Assembly: GCA_046539305.1 (NCBI GenBank)
Contig: JBKHHE010000001.1
Span: 13,150 to 77,149, forward strand
DNA from: Candidatus Aenigmatarchaeota archaeon
GTDB lineage: Archaea; Aenigmatarchaeota; Aenigmatarchaeia; PWEA01
Reading direction: 5' to 3'
Length of the DNA: 64,000 nt
Shown here: piece after piece, positions 24,909-34,949 of the stretch
Layout of the letters: each line of letters starts with the position of its first letter
Position numbering within the stretch: position 1 is the first letter of the stretch
The notes under the pieces: model-generated
What the model was told of the DNA's origin: nothing
Seen by the model: the letters and a program-made list of their open reading frames with translations, nothing else
The model's database searches: none
Translations under genes and position numbers: made by a program

Positions 24909-26179
24909 ATCTTTATTTCTTCCCCATTCTTCGGTGAGTCTGCGTTGTATCCTTCGTCCCTGAGCTGCTGCGCAAAATCCTTCGTCTCGTCGCCGTGCAT
25001 CGCTATCACTTTGTTTGGATTCACCTGGTCCACGAAGTCGAAAAGCTCGTCACGACCGCAGTGGGCGGAGAAGTCGAAAAGCTCGTAGTAGCAGTTGACG
25101 TCCAGGTCGAGCGCACCAGGCTTGTATACACCCGTGTCCAGAAGTTTTCTCCCAGCAGTCCCTTCCACCTGATAACCGGTCATAAGTATTGAGCAGTTTT
25201 CCCTGGAATATATTTCCTTTATGTAATAGGCAAAGGGTCCGCCACCCAGCATCCCAGCCGTGGTAACTATCACACTCGGCCCCTCAAGTATTTTCCTCCT
25301 TTCATCGTCGTCCTCGGGGGTCCTCGCGTCGTGGTAGGCTTTCTTCAGTTCGTCGGGTTCTCTGAGGAACTCCGGATATTGGAGAATCTTTTTTGTGGCC
25401 TCCACGGACATTCCATCCAGGTATACCTGAGCATCTATTCCGTGTTTTCTCAGCACGAGGAGCATCTCCTGGCTCCGACCTATGGCAAAGGAGGGTACAA
25501 CTACCACGCCGTCCTTGTCCAATCTCTCCTTCACCTTCTGGATGAAGTTCTCTTCCAGCTCTTCCCGGGGTGTATGGTTTATCTGCGAGTACGTGGACTC
25601 GGTCACCAGTACGTCGACGTCAGGATAGTTCGGCTCGAGGCCTTTCATGAGGCGGGTATCTATGGTGTTTATATCGCCCGTGTAGAGTACGGTTTTATCG
25701 CCGGTGTCCGTAAGAAAGGAACAGCTCCCGGGTACATGTCCAGCGCCGTAAATGGAGACGGAAGAACTCCCCACGGGAACCGTTTGTCCCACGGCAATCC
25801 TTCTCCGATATTTCTCGGTCTTTTCCAGATCGGATTCGAGGAACTCTTGATTTCTCCCTTCCATCTGAGCTATCTTTATCGAGTCTTCCCATAACGTCCT
25901 GGCCAGATCAAAGGTGGTCGCGGTTGCGTAGACGTTTCCGTGGTATCCGCGGTTGTACAGGCGCGGCACCAGGCCGGAGTGATCCAGGTGGCAGTGGGTA
26001 ACGAAAACGCCGTCAAGGTTCAGGCCGGGCTTCTGGGGCTTGCTCACAGGACCCTCGTCCTCCTCCGGGCCGTTCAACTTGATTCCGTAGTCAAATAGCA
26101 TCTTCTCGGCACCGGTATCAAGAAGAACTGCGGACCTGCCCACTTCCCTGCATCCACCCAAAAACTTTAAAGATGACAT
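24905..26179 (-). CDS. MBL/beta-CASP ribonuclease (aCPSF2-type)
   Basis: FVTHCHLDHSG, then beta-CASP and C-terminal motifs (AMHGDE). ~420 aa without KH domains. Confidence 0.8.
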   Translation of the reverse strand: MSSLKFLGGCREVGRSAVLLDTGAEKMLFDYGIKLNGPEEDEGPVSKPQKPGLNLDGVFVTHCHLDHSGLVPRLYNRGYHGNVYATATTFDLARTLWEDSIKIAQMEGRNQEFLESDLEKTEKYRRRIAVGQTVPVGSSSVSIYGAGHVPGSCSFLTDTGDKTVLYTGDINTIDTRLMKGLEPNYPDVDVLVTESTYSQINHTPREELEENFIQKVKERLDKDGVVVVPSFAIGRSQEMLLVLRKHGIDAQVYLDGMSVEATKKILQYPEFLREPDELKKAYHDARTPEDDDERRKILEGPSVIVTTAGMLGGGPFAYYIKEIYSRENCSILMTGYQVEGTAGRKLLDTGVYKPGALDLDVNCYYELFDFSAHCGRDELFDFVDQVNPNKVIAMHGDETKDFAQQLRDEGYNADSPKNGEEIKI

Positions 26180-26206
26180 TTACGGATCACTGTTTGATTA
26201 AACGTA

Positions 26207-27163
26207 TTATCTCTCGACCCGTTTGAAGCCAGAGAGTTCGAAAAATTCCAAATCGAATTCGTTCTGAATCTTGTCCAAGAGAAGATTGATTCCGAGGGAA
26301 TCCGAGGGCATATGTCCTGCGGAGATTATATTTATGTTCTCCTCCTTAGCCTTCTCTATCTGCTCTTTTCTAGCGTGCATCACCACTATCGTATCAATAC
26401 CTGACTCAACCATCTTTTCTATAAGATTATCCTTGAGTGAGGTCCCGCCTGTGAATCCCAGAACTTCGACTTTCCCCGCTCTGTTGTTCTCGCTCCCGGC
26501 AAAAATCTCGGGTCCCATCTCGTATTCCAGGGCCCATCCATACTCCGGAAGTTCGAGGATAACATCAATCAAATCGCCGAGCGTCTCGAACTCTTCCTCC
26601 TCAAGGTAGTCTTCCATAAACTGGTAGGCGTGGTTGTCACATACCGTATGTAGATTTAGCATCGGGATATCGAGGAGCTCGGCAGTCTTCGGCGCTCTGG
26701 GATGGTTGGCGGCATGGACGTTCTTTTTCACTTCTTCGGCTCTTGGACGTACGATCCCTTCGGCCTGGGAAACGGGGACCCCTGCCCTCTCTAATGTGTC
26801 AATCTGAAGACCCATGACTTCATGTAGGTTCGCAAGGGCTCTGCCCTCGGGATGGTGCGCTAGCGCACCGTCTATGTCCTCCCCTTTTTCATTAAGCCTG
26901 TCTATAAGAATAAGGTCCTGGGTCTCAATATCTATCCCTACAGCAACCCTTTTAACATCCTCGTCGCCGCCATAGATCACCTTGGAGTCGTCGAAAGGAT
27001 TTTCGAGCCTGTCCTCATCGAACTTTTCCTTCTTCACACCTTCAAGATCTTCGTATTTTTCTCCTCTTTTCTCCAGCATTTCCTCTATCTTTTCTCTGTC
27101 CCTTGGATCCTCTTTTATGCCCTCCTCCACCGCGAATTTATGTATCTCTTTCAGCGTTACCAT
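26207..27163 (-). CDS. NIF3/DUF34-like dinuclear-metal protein
   Basis: GALAHHPEG, LHTVCDNHA and SAGHMPSD motifs in NIF3 order. ATG 27163 preferred (GTTATTTAAAAG ~30 nt upstream). Confidence 0.55.
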   Translation of the reverse strand: MVTLKEIHKFAVEEGIKEDPRDREKIEEMLEKRGEKYEDLEGVKKEKFDEDRLENPFDDSKVIYGGDEDVKRVAVGIDIETQDLILIDRLNEKGEDIDGALAHHPEGRALANLHEVMGLQIDTLERAGVPVSQAEGIVRPRAEEVKKNVHAANHPRAPKTAELLDIPMLNLHTVCDNHAYQFMEDYLEEEEFETLGDLIDVILELPEYGWALEYEMGPEIFAGSENNRAGKVEVLGFTGGTSLKDNLIEKMVESGIDTIVVMHARKEQIEKAKEENINIISAGHMPSDSLGINLLLDKIQNEFDLEFFELSGFKRVER

Positions 27164-27397
27164 CTTGACACCTTGTAGAAATTTATCGCCTTCTTTTAAA
27201 TAACTTTTCAAGAGTGGGGGAAAAGTTTTATATATTTCGGCCCCTCCTAAATTGGACAACAGGTGACCAAGGATGAGTGGTACTCGCCAATCTATGAGGG
27301 CGTAACGAGGCAGAGGTCGCCCAGACGTTTCTCTTCAAAATTCTTCCGATTGAAAAAATACTTTAAAATGGAAAATCAAATCTAGAGGTGTTGGAAT

Positions 27398-28681
27398 ATG
27401 CTGTCGATTGAAACAGTACGCGAAAATCCAGAAAGGGTAAAAGAATCTCAGAAGAAAAGGGGTGACTCCACGAAGATAGTGGACAGAGTCCAGGAGCTGG
27501 ACGAGGAATGGCGCGAGAAGCTCCAGGAGCTGGAAAACCTTCGCCAGAAAAGAAACGAAAAAACCGACGAAATAGAAGAGCTCAAGAAGAAGGGTGAGGA
27601 TACGGAGGAAGAGATAGAGGAAATGAGGGAAGTAAAGTCAAGGATACAGAACCTGGAGCCAGAAGTAGAGAAGCTGAAGGAAAGAAGAAATAAAAAACTT
27701 GCCAAGATACCGGCGATACTCCACGAGTCCGTCCCCAGAGGTGGGGGTGAAGAGGACAACGTGGAGATAAGAAGGTGGGGGGAGCCGCCTGAATTTGACT
27801 TCGAGCCCAAGATACACACGGAGATACTCGAAAACCTCGGACTCCTCGACTTGGACCGAGGCGCGAAGGTCGCGGGCTCGGACTTCTACTACATGAAGGG
27901 TGACCTCGCGAGGCTCGACAGAGCGATAATGAAGTTCGCCGTGGACTTTCTGAGGGACAAAGGCTACGAGTTCGTCCTGCCCCCGCTCTTTGTGAACAGG
28001 GATGTCTACGAGGCCATGCTTGGCGCAAAGGGTTCGATGGGAGAGGCGTCCTACAAGATAGAGGACAAGGAGCTGTGGGCCATACCTACTTCGGAGTATC
28101 CCCTCGGTGGGATGCATAAAGACGAGGTCTTCCTTGAGGAAGAGCTGCCAAAGAAATTTTGCTCCTTCTCGCCCTGTTTCAGACGGGAGGGTGGTGGCCA
28201 CGGGAAGTACTCGCGGGGACTGTACCGTGTACACCAGTTCAACAAGGTGGAGCAGTTTATCTATTCGAGGCCGGAGAACTCCTGGGACTTCCACGAGGAA
28301 TTACAAGAAAACGCAGAGAAGCTGTACCAGAAGATGGGACTGGCCTACAGAGTTGTAAACGTCTGCACAGGTGACATGGGAAGCAAAGCCGCAAAGAAGT
28401 ACGACACGGAATGTTGGATGGCCGACGGGAACTACCACGAGACCGGTTCCAACTCCAACTGCCTGGACTACCAGGCGCGGGACCTGAACATAAAGTACAG
28501 GAGGAAGGAAGGCGAAGCGCCGGAGGGCTGCGTGCACACGCTGAACAACACCGCGCTCGCCACGTCCAGGACGATAATCGCGATCGTGGAGCAGTATCAG
28601 CAGGAGGACGGAACCGTGAAGATTCCTGAGGCTCTGCAGCCCTACATGGACGGCCAGGAGTTCATTGGCAAGGAGGACTAG
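27398..28681 (+). CDS. serS: Seryl-tRNA synthetase
   Basis: N-terminal coiled coil plus class-II core (FRREGG, TLNNTALATSRT). Confidence 0.95.
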   Translation: MLSIETVRENPERVKESQKKRGDSTKIVDRVQELDEEWREKLQELENLRQKRNEKTDEIEELKKKGEDTEEEIEEMREVKSRIQNLEPEVEKLKERRNKKLAKIPAILHESVPRGGGEEDNVEIRRWGEPPEFDFEPKIHTEILENLGLLDLDRGAKVAGSDFYYMKGDLARLDRAIMKFAVDFLRDKGYEFVLPPLFVNRDVYEAMLGAKGSMGEASYKIEDKELWAIPTSEYPLGGMHKDEVFLEEELPKKFCSFSPCFRREGGGHGKYSRGLYRVHQFNKVEQFIYSRPENSWDFHEELQENAEKLYQKMGLAYRVVNVCTGDMGSKAAKKYDTECWMADGNYHETGSNSNCLDYQARDLNIKYRRKEGEAPEGCVHTLNNTALATSRTIIAIVEQYQQEDGTVKIPEALQPYMDGQEFIGKED

Positions 28682-28685
28682 CTCC

Positions 28686-29211
28686 ATGCTCCCTGGAAAA
28701 GTAATCGAGGAGTTTGAAGTTGACGGGAAAAAGGCGAGGATACGGTACGAAGAGATGAGGGACGCGGAGGACTATATGGAGCTGAAGAACTCCCTGGTGG
28801 AGGAAGGTGCCAAAATAGGCTCGCAGGAAAAGATCGACAGTAAGGAAGCCGTGGAAAAAGTTGCCGGCGCCCTCAAAGAAATTGCCAAGGGTGAAGGCAT
28901 TTATCTGGTCCTTGAAGTGAACGGTGAAGGGATGGGGGTTGCAAACGTGAGTAGGGAAAGTTCGGGTGCCCAGGAACACGTGGGAACCTCGGGAATTTTT
29001 CTGAGAAGGGAATGGAGAGAGAAAGGCCTCGGCACAAAGCTCATGGAGACGCTTATTTCTGAAGCCAGAAGCCAAGAGTAATCTGGACATAGATATTATT
29101 CTGCTTGAAGCTTTCGAGGACAATGAACCGGCTATAAACCTTTACAGGAAAGTGGGTTTTGAGGAGGTCGGCGAAGTGGAGGATGGGATTAAAGTAGACG
29201 GGGATATGTAA
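28686..29211 (+). pseudogene. GNAT N-acetyltransferase interrupted by a +1 frameshift near 29079
   Basis: Frame 0 ends ...KGLGTKLMETLISEARSQE* (TAA 29079-29081). Frame +1 continues NLDIDIILLEAFEDNEPAINLYRKVGFEEVGE...* (stop 29209-29211), which is the expected GNAT C-terminus. Confidence 0.7.
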
Positions 29212-29282
29212 ACAAGATCATAATGTCCAAGGACCTGCACGACTAATTCTTTTTAAGCTTTGAGGAAAATCTAATCTTGGCC

Positions 29283-30350
29283 ATGAAGACGGTGGAAGAA
29301 GGCGAAGTCGAGATAGAAGTGGACGAGGGCAGACCTTACGATAAAGAGGTTTTTTACAACCCGAAGATGGAGTTCGATCGCAACCTCTCCGTAGCCGTCG
29401 CTTCCGTTGTGGAGCCCGAAAAGCTCTGCGACGCGCTTTCCGCCTCGGGAGTCCGTGGAATTCGCTACGGAAAGGAAGCCGAGGTCCCAGAGGTCTGGGT
29501 AAACGATGCCAATCCAAAATCTATTGAGCTTATCCACAAAAATCTGGAAAGAAACGAGCTGGACTGTGAGGTCAGAAACGAGGACGCTGCAGTTCTGCTC
29601 CGGGAAGAGGACTTCGACTTCGTAGACATAGATCCCTTCGGCTCGCCGGCAGAGTTTTTGGACGCTGCAGCAGGCTCTATCAGACGCAGGGGGTTTCTCG
29701 GAATCACCGCGACAGATACATCTTCCTTCTTCGGGACCTATCCCCGTGTATCGAGGCGACGGTACGGGAGGAAGAGCATGAAGACAGGCTACAACAAGGA
29801 GCTTGGACTGCGGATTTTGGTCTCAGCCCTGATCGAAAGCCTCGGCCGGTACAAGAAAACCTTCTATCCCAGGCTGTGCTACTTCAGGGAGCACTACGCA
29901 CGCATCTTTGGCGAGGTGGTGAAAGGCGCGAGGGAGGTGCAGGAGAACTTCCAGGAGTTCGGACACATCTCGCACTGTTTTTCATGTGGATGGAGGAAGA
30001 AAGACATAGTGAAGAAGTGCCCACAATGCGGCGAAAGAACGGAGTTCGTGGAGGTTTATCTGGGGAAGCTGAACAACGAGATGTTCTGCAAGGATGTCGC
30101 AAAAGAGGCCAGGGAAAGAAGCTTTTACGACGAAGCGGAGCTCGCAGAAAAGTTATCGGAGGACGTAAAAATACCTTTCCACCACGACCTGCACTACGTG
30201 GCGAAGAAACAGAAGTTGGAGGTAAGGAAAACCAGAGGAGTTATAAAAGAACTAAAGGAAGGGGGTTACGAGGCATCAGAGTCCGTCTATTCCACCACAG
30301 GCGTCAAAACGGACGCACCCTTCAAGGAAGTTGTAGAAGCCATGAAATGA
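29283..30350 (+). CDS. trm1: tRNA (guanine26-N2)-dimethyltransferase
   Basis: VFYNPKMEFDRNLSV, DIDPFGSP and the Zn-finger CFSCG...CPQCG. Confidence 0.9.
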   Translation: MKTVEEGEVEIEVDEGRPYDKEVFYNPKMEFDRNLSVAVASVVEPEKLCDALSASGVRGIRYGKEAEVPEVWVNDANPKSIELIHKNLERNELDCEVRNEDAAVLLREEDFDFVDIDPFGSPAEFLDAAAGSIRRRGFLGITATDTSSFFGTYPRVSRRRYGRKSMKTGYNKELGLRILVSALIESLGRYKKTFYPRLCYFREHYARIFGEVVKGAREVQENFQEFGHISHCFSCGWRKKDIVKKCPQCGERTEFVEVYLGKLNNEMFCKDVAKEARERSFYDEAELAEKLSEDVKIPFHHDLHYVAKKQKLEVRKTRGVIKELKEGGYEASESVYSTTGVKTDAPFKEVVEAMK

Positions 30351-30548
30351 CTACGAGGCTTCGATCTGTTCTCCTTCGGACTCTTCTTCAAGAGTATTGG
30401 CTATCGGGCATTCGCCGTTCTTCTTCCAGAAACACCTGTCGTTGAAGCACTCGTTCATCCCTTTGTACATAAAGCACTCTTCCACGGTATCGCCTTCTCT
30501 GACAACGGTCGGCTTCTTGATTTTGACAGCCTCCTGAAGTTCTCTCAT
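30351..30548 (-). CDS. Small 4-Cys protein (65 aa)
   Basis: CFMYKGMNECFNDRCFWKKNGEC. Lies directly downstream of tfb. Its stop abuts the trm1 stop with zero spacer. Confidence 0.4.
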   Translation of the reverse strand: MRELQEAVKIKKPTVVREGDTVEECFMYKGMNECFNDRCFWKKNGECPIANTLEEESEGEQIEAS

Positions 30549-30590
30549 AAATCCACACCCCACAAGGGAAATTTGAAAGTTTGAAACTAT

Positions 30591-31553
30591 TTAATCGCTA
30601 TTATTGTTGTTCTCGTCCTCCTTGACCTTCTTCTCCACTTCCTCTTCGATGCCAAGCGTCTCCACTATCTCCTTGTACCTGTTACGTATCGTAACTTCGG
30701 TCGCATCCACGACGTCGGCGACTTCCCTCTGGGTCTTCTTCTGTCCGGTCAGAACCGCAGCTATATACAGAGCAGCTGCGGCCACACCCACGGGACCCTT
30801 TCCAGAGGTTATCTCCTGATTCTTCGCCTTCTCAAGTATGTCCAGAGCCTTGGCCTGTGCCTCATCCGAAAGGCCGAGCATGGTAGAGAACCTGGGTATG
30901 TAGTCCTCGGGCTGCGAAGGAAGTATTCTTATCCCAAGCTCCCTGCAAACGTATCGGTAAGTCCTCCCTATCTCCCTTCTGTCCACGCCGGAGGCCTCGG
31001 TTATCTCGTCAAGCGTCCTGGGAGTCTTGTGTTGCCTGGCAACCGCGTAGATGAGGGCAGCCACGACCGCCTCCATCGAACGGCCCCTGACCAGGCCTTT
31101 ATCCACGGCCTTCTCGTACAGAATAGCGACCTCCCTGTGTACGGACTGGGGAAGTCCAAGGTACGAAACCAGCCTCTTTAGCTCGGAAAGCGCAAAGGAA
31201 AGGTTCCTGTTCTTGGATTCGACTATCCTGGACTGCCACTTCTTAAGACGGGAGTACTGGGCTCTCTTGTTCGGGTTGACCTTGAAAAGCTCGCCCGGAC
31301 CCTTGCCTATCTTTGTGGTCACGCCCTTGTCATGTTTGGTGGGCGTCAGCGGGGCTCCGGTTCTGGCCCTGTTTGATCTCTGCTCCTCGTCGAATGCGCG
31401 CCACTCCTGAGTCATGTCGATCATAGATTCCTCTATCACTTCACCGCACTCCGAACAGGTCAGTTCTCCCCTAGACTCGTTTTCCTCGAAGTTGGTGGAC
31501 CCGCACTCGGGACATACCTTCTGAGTCTTCGCCTTTTTTTCACGTGCAGACAT
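30591..31553 (-). CDS. tfb: Transcription initiation factor IIB (TFB), canonical copy
   Basis: Zn ribbon CPECG...CSECG, B-reader/linker, two cyclin folds. Confidence 0.95.
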   Translation of the reverse strand: MSAREKKAKTQKVCPECGSTNFEENESRGELTCSECGEVIEESMIDMTQEWRAFDEEQRSNRARTGAPLTPTKHDKGVTTKIGKGPGELFKVNPNKRAQYSRLKKWQSRIVESKNRNLSFALSELKRLVSYLGLPQSVHREVAILYEKAVDKGLVRGRSMEAVVAALIYAVARQHKTPRTLDEITEASGVDRREIGRTYRYVCRELGIRILPSQPEDYIPRFSTMLGLSDEAQAKALDILEKAKNQEITSGKGPVGVAAAALYIAAVLTGQKKTQREVADVVDATEVTIRNRYKEIVETLGIEEEVEKKVKEDENNNNSD

Positions 31554-31808
31554 AATATCACAGAGTTTTTACCATCGAGTAGTAATACATATGATTTCGT
31601 GTTCCTACTATTTAAAAGTTAGGGTTGATGTATTCACTGGGAAGGAGTGATTTGAGGGCTCGTATAAAAACTTTTCTATGGAGCGGTATATTTATCCATG
31701 CCTATATACTCTCTCGCACATATAAACTTTTGGGTGGTTTTCGTCGATTGTCGTTTTTCTTAGGAAGTTAGTTTTTTATTGACGCGTCAAGAAATAAATC
31801 TTGGTAGA

Positions 31809-33203
31809 ATGGACGAGGTGCTGGAAGACATACTTGATGAAATAAGTCCGGAGTTAGATGAGATGAAGGGCTTGAAGGCGACCTGTCAGGCATTGAGAGA
31901 CACTGCCGAAAAATACAGGGAAGACTACGAATATGAACCGCTCTTCTGCGGCTCCATAGCCAAGGACACCTGGCTCAAAAGCAAGAAAGACATAGATCTT
32001 TTCCTTCTCTTCGAAGAAGAGGTGGAGATGGATGAGCTGGAGGAAAGGGGTCTGGAGGCAGGGAAGAAAATAGTAGAAAGCCTGGAAGGGGAGTGGGATA
32101 TAGCGTATGCAGAGCATCCCTATGTGGAGGGGCACGTCAGGGGATACAAGGTGGATATAGTTCCTGCTTACGACACGGAGCCGGATGATATAAAGAGCAG
32201 TGTGGACAGGACTCCATGGCATGTGAGATGGGTCGAGGAGAACCTAAGCAAAGAGCAGCGCGATGAGGTACGCCTTCTCAAAAAGTTCACGAAGGAACAC
32301 GGTCTCTATGGAAGCGACCTGAGAACAAGGGGTTTTTCCGGCTACCTCTGCGAGATACTGATAGCCGAGTGTGGAAGCTTCAAAGAACTTGTAAAAAAGG
32401 CTGCGGAGTGGACACCTGGAAAGGTCATAGACCCGGAAAACTACTTTAAATCAAAGGGCTATCTGAAAAGGGAAAAGTTCGGGGGCGATGCACTGATAGT
32501 GGTAGATCCCGTGGACAAGAACAGAAACGTCGCATCCGTCCTTTCTGCTGAAAACTTTCTGCTCTTCAAGAAAAAGATCCGACAGTTTCTAGAAAATCCC
32601 ACCAGGGATAGGTTCTTCGGCGAGAAGCCGGAGCCTCTATCCATGGACGAGCTTCAGGACAGGATAGACAGGCGCGGCACGGACTTCATGCTGATAAGGT
32701 TCGGGGCGCCGGAGGTGCACGAAGATGTCCTTTACCCACAGATGAGAAAGATGAACAGACGTGTGGAGGAGGTCCTGGAAGATGAGGGCTTTGTGGTTCT
32801 CAGGAAGGACGTGTGGAGCGACATGGAAAAATGCGTACTGATACTGGAACTGGAGGTGGACGAGCTCCCACGGGTGGACAAGAGAGAGGGTCCTCCCATC
32901 TTCGATAGAAGGAACTCGGAGAAGTTTATCCATAGGTACGAAGGTGAGCACAACCTCCTGGTGGAAGACGGGAAGTGGTACGCGGAGTACTTCAGGGAGT
33001 GGACGACGGCACTCGACTTTGTCCGGGACTTTTTGTACGAAGACGAGGAAACCCTCCAGGAGGAAGGGGTTCCGAGACACCTCGCGGAGAAGATAAGTGA
33101 TGGTCTCACGATAGCGACCTCGGACCACTCCTTGCATATATTTCAGGAGGAAGAAGGTCTCAGGAAGAAGATGGCCGAGTATTTCGAGAAGGATCTGGCT
33201 TGA
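31809..33203 (+). CDS. cca: CCA-adding tRNA nucleotidyltransferase (archaeal class I)
   Basis: FCGSIAKDTWLKSKKDIDLFL and RTPWHVRW motifs. ATG 31809 lies within the TTG-started tracked ORF. Confidence 0.9.
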   Translation: MDEVLEDILDEISPELDEMKGLKATCQALRDTAEKYREDYEYEPLFCGSIAKDTWLKSKKDIDLFLLFEEEVEMDELEERGLEAGKKIVESLEGEWDIAYAEHPYVEGHVRGYKVDIVPAYDTEPDDIKSSVDRTPWHVRWVEENLSKEQRDEVRLLKKFTKEHGLYGSDLRTRGFSGYLCEILIAECGSFKELVKKAAEWTPGKVIDPENYFKSKGYLKREKFGGDALIVVDPVDKNRNVASVLSAENFLLFKKKIRQFLENPTRDRFFGEKPEPLSMDELQDRIDRRGTDFMLIRFGAPEVHEDVLYPQMRKMNRRVEEVLEDEGFVVLRKDVWSDMEKCVLILELEVDELPRVDKREGPPIFDRRNSEKFIHRYEGEHNLLVEDGKWYAEYFREWTTALDFVRDFLYEDEETLQEEGVPRHLAEKISDGLTIATSDHSLHIFQEEEGLRKKMAEYFEKDLA

Positions 33204-33212
33204 GGTTTTTCT

Positions 33213-34943
33213 ATGTTGCTCAAAGATCTGAAGGAAGAGGTCAAAGGGCTGGTAGAAGATTTGGTTGAAAGCAAAGCCGAGGTCAAGGTGGAGCTACACA
33301 GCCTGTCCAGTGGGAAAGGAACTCTTGCTGTGCCCTGCCATGCTTTCGCCTCAAATTTGAAAAAATCCCCGGAAGAAGTCGCAGAAGAGCTCGCCGAAAG
33401 AACCGGAAAACTTCCGGAGCTGATTGAAAGAGTCGAATCAAAGAGCGGTTTCCTGAACTTTTACCTCGATGAGGAGGAGTACGGGAAAAGAATTCTGGAA
33501 GCGGTTCTGGAGGAAAGAGAGGAGTACGGAGAAGTGGAAGCAACTAAGGTCGCCATAATGGACGAGGTGGCGCCCAACCTCGCGAAACCCATGCATATAG
33601 GCCACCTCAGGAACCTCGTCCTTTCATACTCGTTGAACAGCGTTCTCGAGAAGGGGGGTTGGAGTCTTATTACGGACACGCATCTCGGTGACTGGGGTCT
33701 GCAGTACGGAAACCTCATCTATGCCTTCAAAAAGTGGGGGGACGAAGAAAAGTTCCGGGAAGAGCCTATTGAACACCTCCTTGACCTGTACCAGAAGTTT
33801 GGGAAGAAAGAGTCGGGGCTTTCGGGCCAAGAGAAGGAAAGGTGGAGGGATAAGGGAAGGAAGGAATTTGAAAAACTGGAAAAGGGAGACGAAGAAGCTG
33901 TGGAGCTCTGGGAAAAGATGAAGGACGTCAGCGTCGAGAGGTTCAAGGAAACTTTCTCCGTGTTTGGCATGGAGTTCGACGAGTGGATAGGCGAGTCCTT
34001 TTACGTTATGGAGGGCACGACGGATGAGATTTTAGAGGAGGCATTGGAGAAGGATATCGCAGTGGAGAAAGGTGATGGGAGCGTCGTTATTCCTCTAGGC
34101 GAGGAGGATCCTGAGTCAGGCGAACAGGCAGAGTTCGTTATCCTGAAGTCCGACGGCAGCACGGTTTACGGGACCAGGGACCTCGCCACGATAAAGTATA
34201 GATCGGAGAAATGGGATCCGGAAAAGATAATCTACGTCGTCGCCTCCGAGCAGAACCAGTACTTCCGTGATCTCTTCAAGGCTGCGGGGAAACTGGGCTA
34301 CGATGCTGATAAACTCAAGCACGTGAGCTACGGAATGGTTTCACTTCCCGAGGGGAGCATGTCCACGAGAAGAGGGCGTATAATCAGGGCGAGGGAAGTA
34401 CTAGAAGAAGTAAGGGATGAGGCTTACGAAGTCGTTGCGAAGAATAGAGAGGACTTAGAGGAAAGCCAGCTGCAGAAAGTTGCTGAAAAGGTCGCACATG
34501 CAGCCATAAGGTACGGTATGCTGAGGTACAGCCGGGAAAAGGATATGAAATTCGACAAAGACCGGGCCACGAGATTTGAGGGTGAAACCGGGCCCTATCT
34601 CCAGTACTCTTTGACTCGGGCCTGCAGCATTCTGAACAAAGAACCGCTGGACGATGAGCCTGAAAGCCTGGTTCTCGGTGAGGAGGAAAAGAACCTGCTG
34701 GACAAGATGGCTCGCTATCCCCTCGCGCTGGAAGAGGCCCTTGGGAAGTATGATCCCCATCCTGTGGCGAAGTATGGCTTCGAGCTGGCCGAGGAGTTCA
34801 ACAACTTCTACCACGACTGTCCCGTGATACAGGCTGATGAAGAAGATGTTAAGAAGTCTCGGAAGGTTGTACTGAAGGCTTTTATAGAGGTGATGAGGAA
34901 TCTTTTTTCTGTCCTTGGTATCAAGGAAATAGAAGAGATGTGA
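33213..34943 (+). CDS. argS: Arginyl-tRNA synthetase
   Basis: PNLAKPMHIGHLRN (HIGH) and a class-I core. C-terminal anticodon-binding domain ending in M. Confidence 0.95.
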   Translation: MLLKDLKEEVKGLVEDLVESKAEVKVELHSLSSGKGTLAVPCHAFASNLKKSPEEVAEELAERTGKLPELIERVESKSGFLNFYLDEEEYGKRILEAVLEEREEYGEVEATKVAIMDEVAPNLAKPMHIGHLRNLVLSYSLNSVLEKGGWSLITDTHLGDWGLQYGNLIYAFKKWGDEEKFREEPIEHLLDLYQKFGKKESGLSGQEKERWRDKGRKEFEKLEKGDEEAVELWEKMKDVSVERFKETFSVFGMEFDEWIGESFYVMEGTTDEILEEALEKDIAVEKGDGSVVIPLGEEDPESGEQAEFVILKSDGSTVYGTRDLATIKYRSEKWDPEKIIYVVASEQNQYFRDLFKAAGKLGYDADKLKHVSYGMVSLPEGSMSTRRGRIIRAREVLEEVRDEAYEVVAKNREDLEESQLQKVAEKVAHAAIRYGMLRYSREKDMKFDKDRATRFEGETGPYLQYSLTRACSILNKEPLDDEPESLVLGEEEKNLLDKMARYPLALEEALGKYDPHPVAKYGFELAEEFNNFYHDCPVIQADEEDVKKSRKVVLKAFIEVMRNLFSVLGIKEIEEM

Positions 34944-34949
34944 CCGCCT

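Noticed and set aside
27262-27330. GC-rich intergenic stretch upstream of serS, examined as a C/D-box sRNA or tRNA fragment (GATGAGT ... TATGAGG ... CAGA).
   Set aside because: The boxes deviate from RUGAUGA/CUGA, the spacing is wrong, and no terminal stem or T-loop is present.
27448-28294. 123-218-aa ORFs antisense to serS.
   Set aside because: Ser/Pro/Arg-rich low-complexity translations opposite a confidently identified synthetase.
29876-30445. 189-aa Arg/Gly-rich alternative-frame ORF inside trm1. Similar ORFs occur at 22295-22639, 35438-35662 and 44395-44856.
   Set aside because: Arg/Gly-rich +1 frames of GAR/AAG-rich genes. No independent support.
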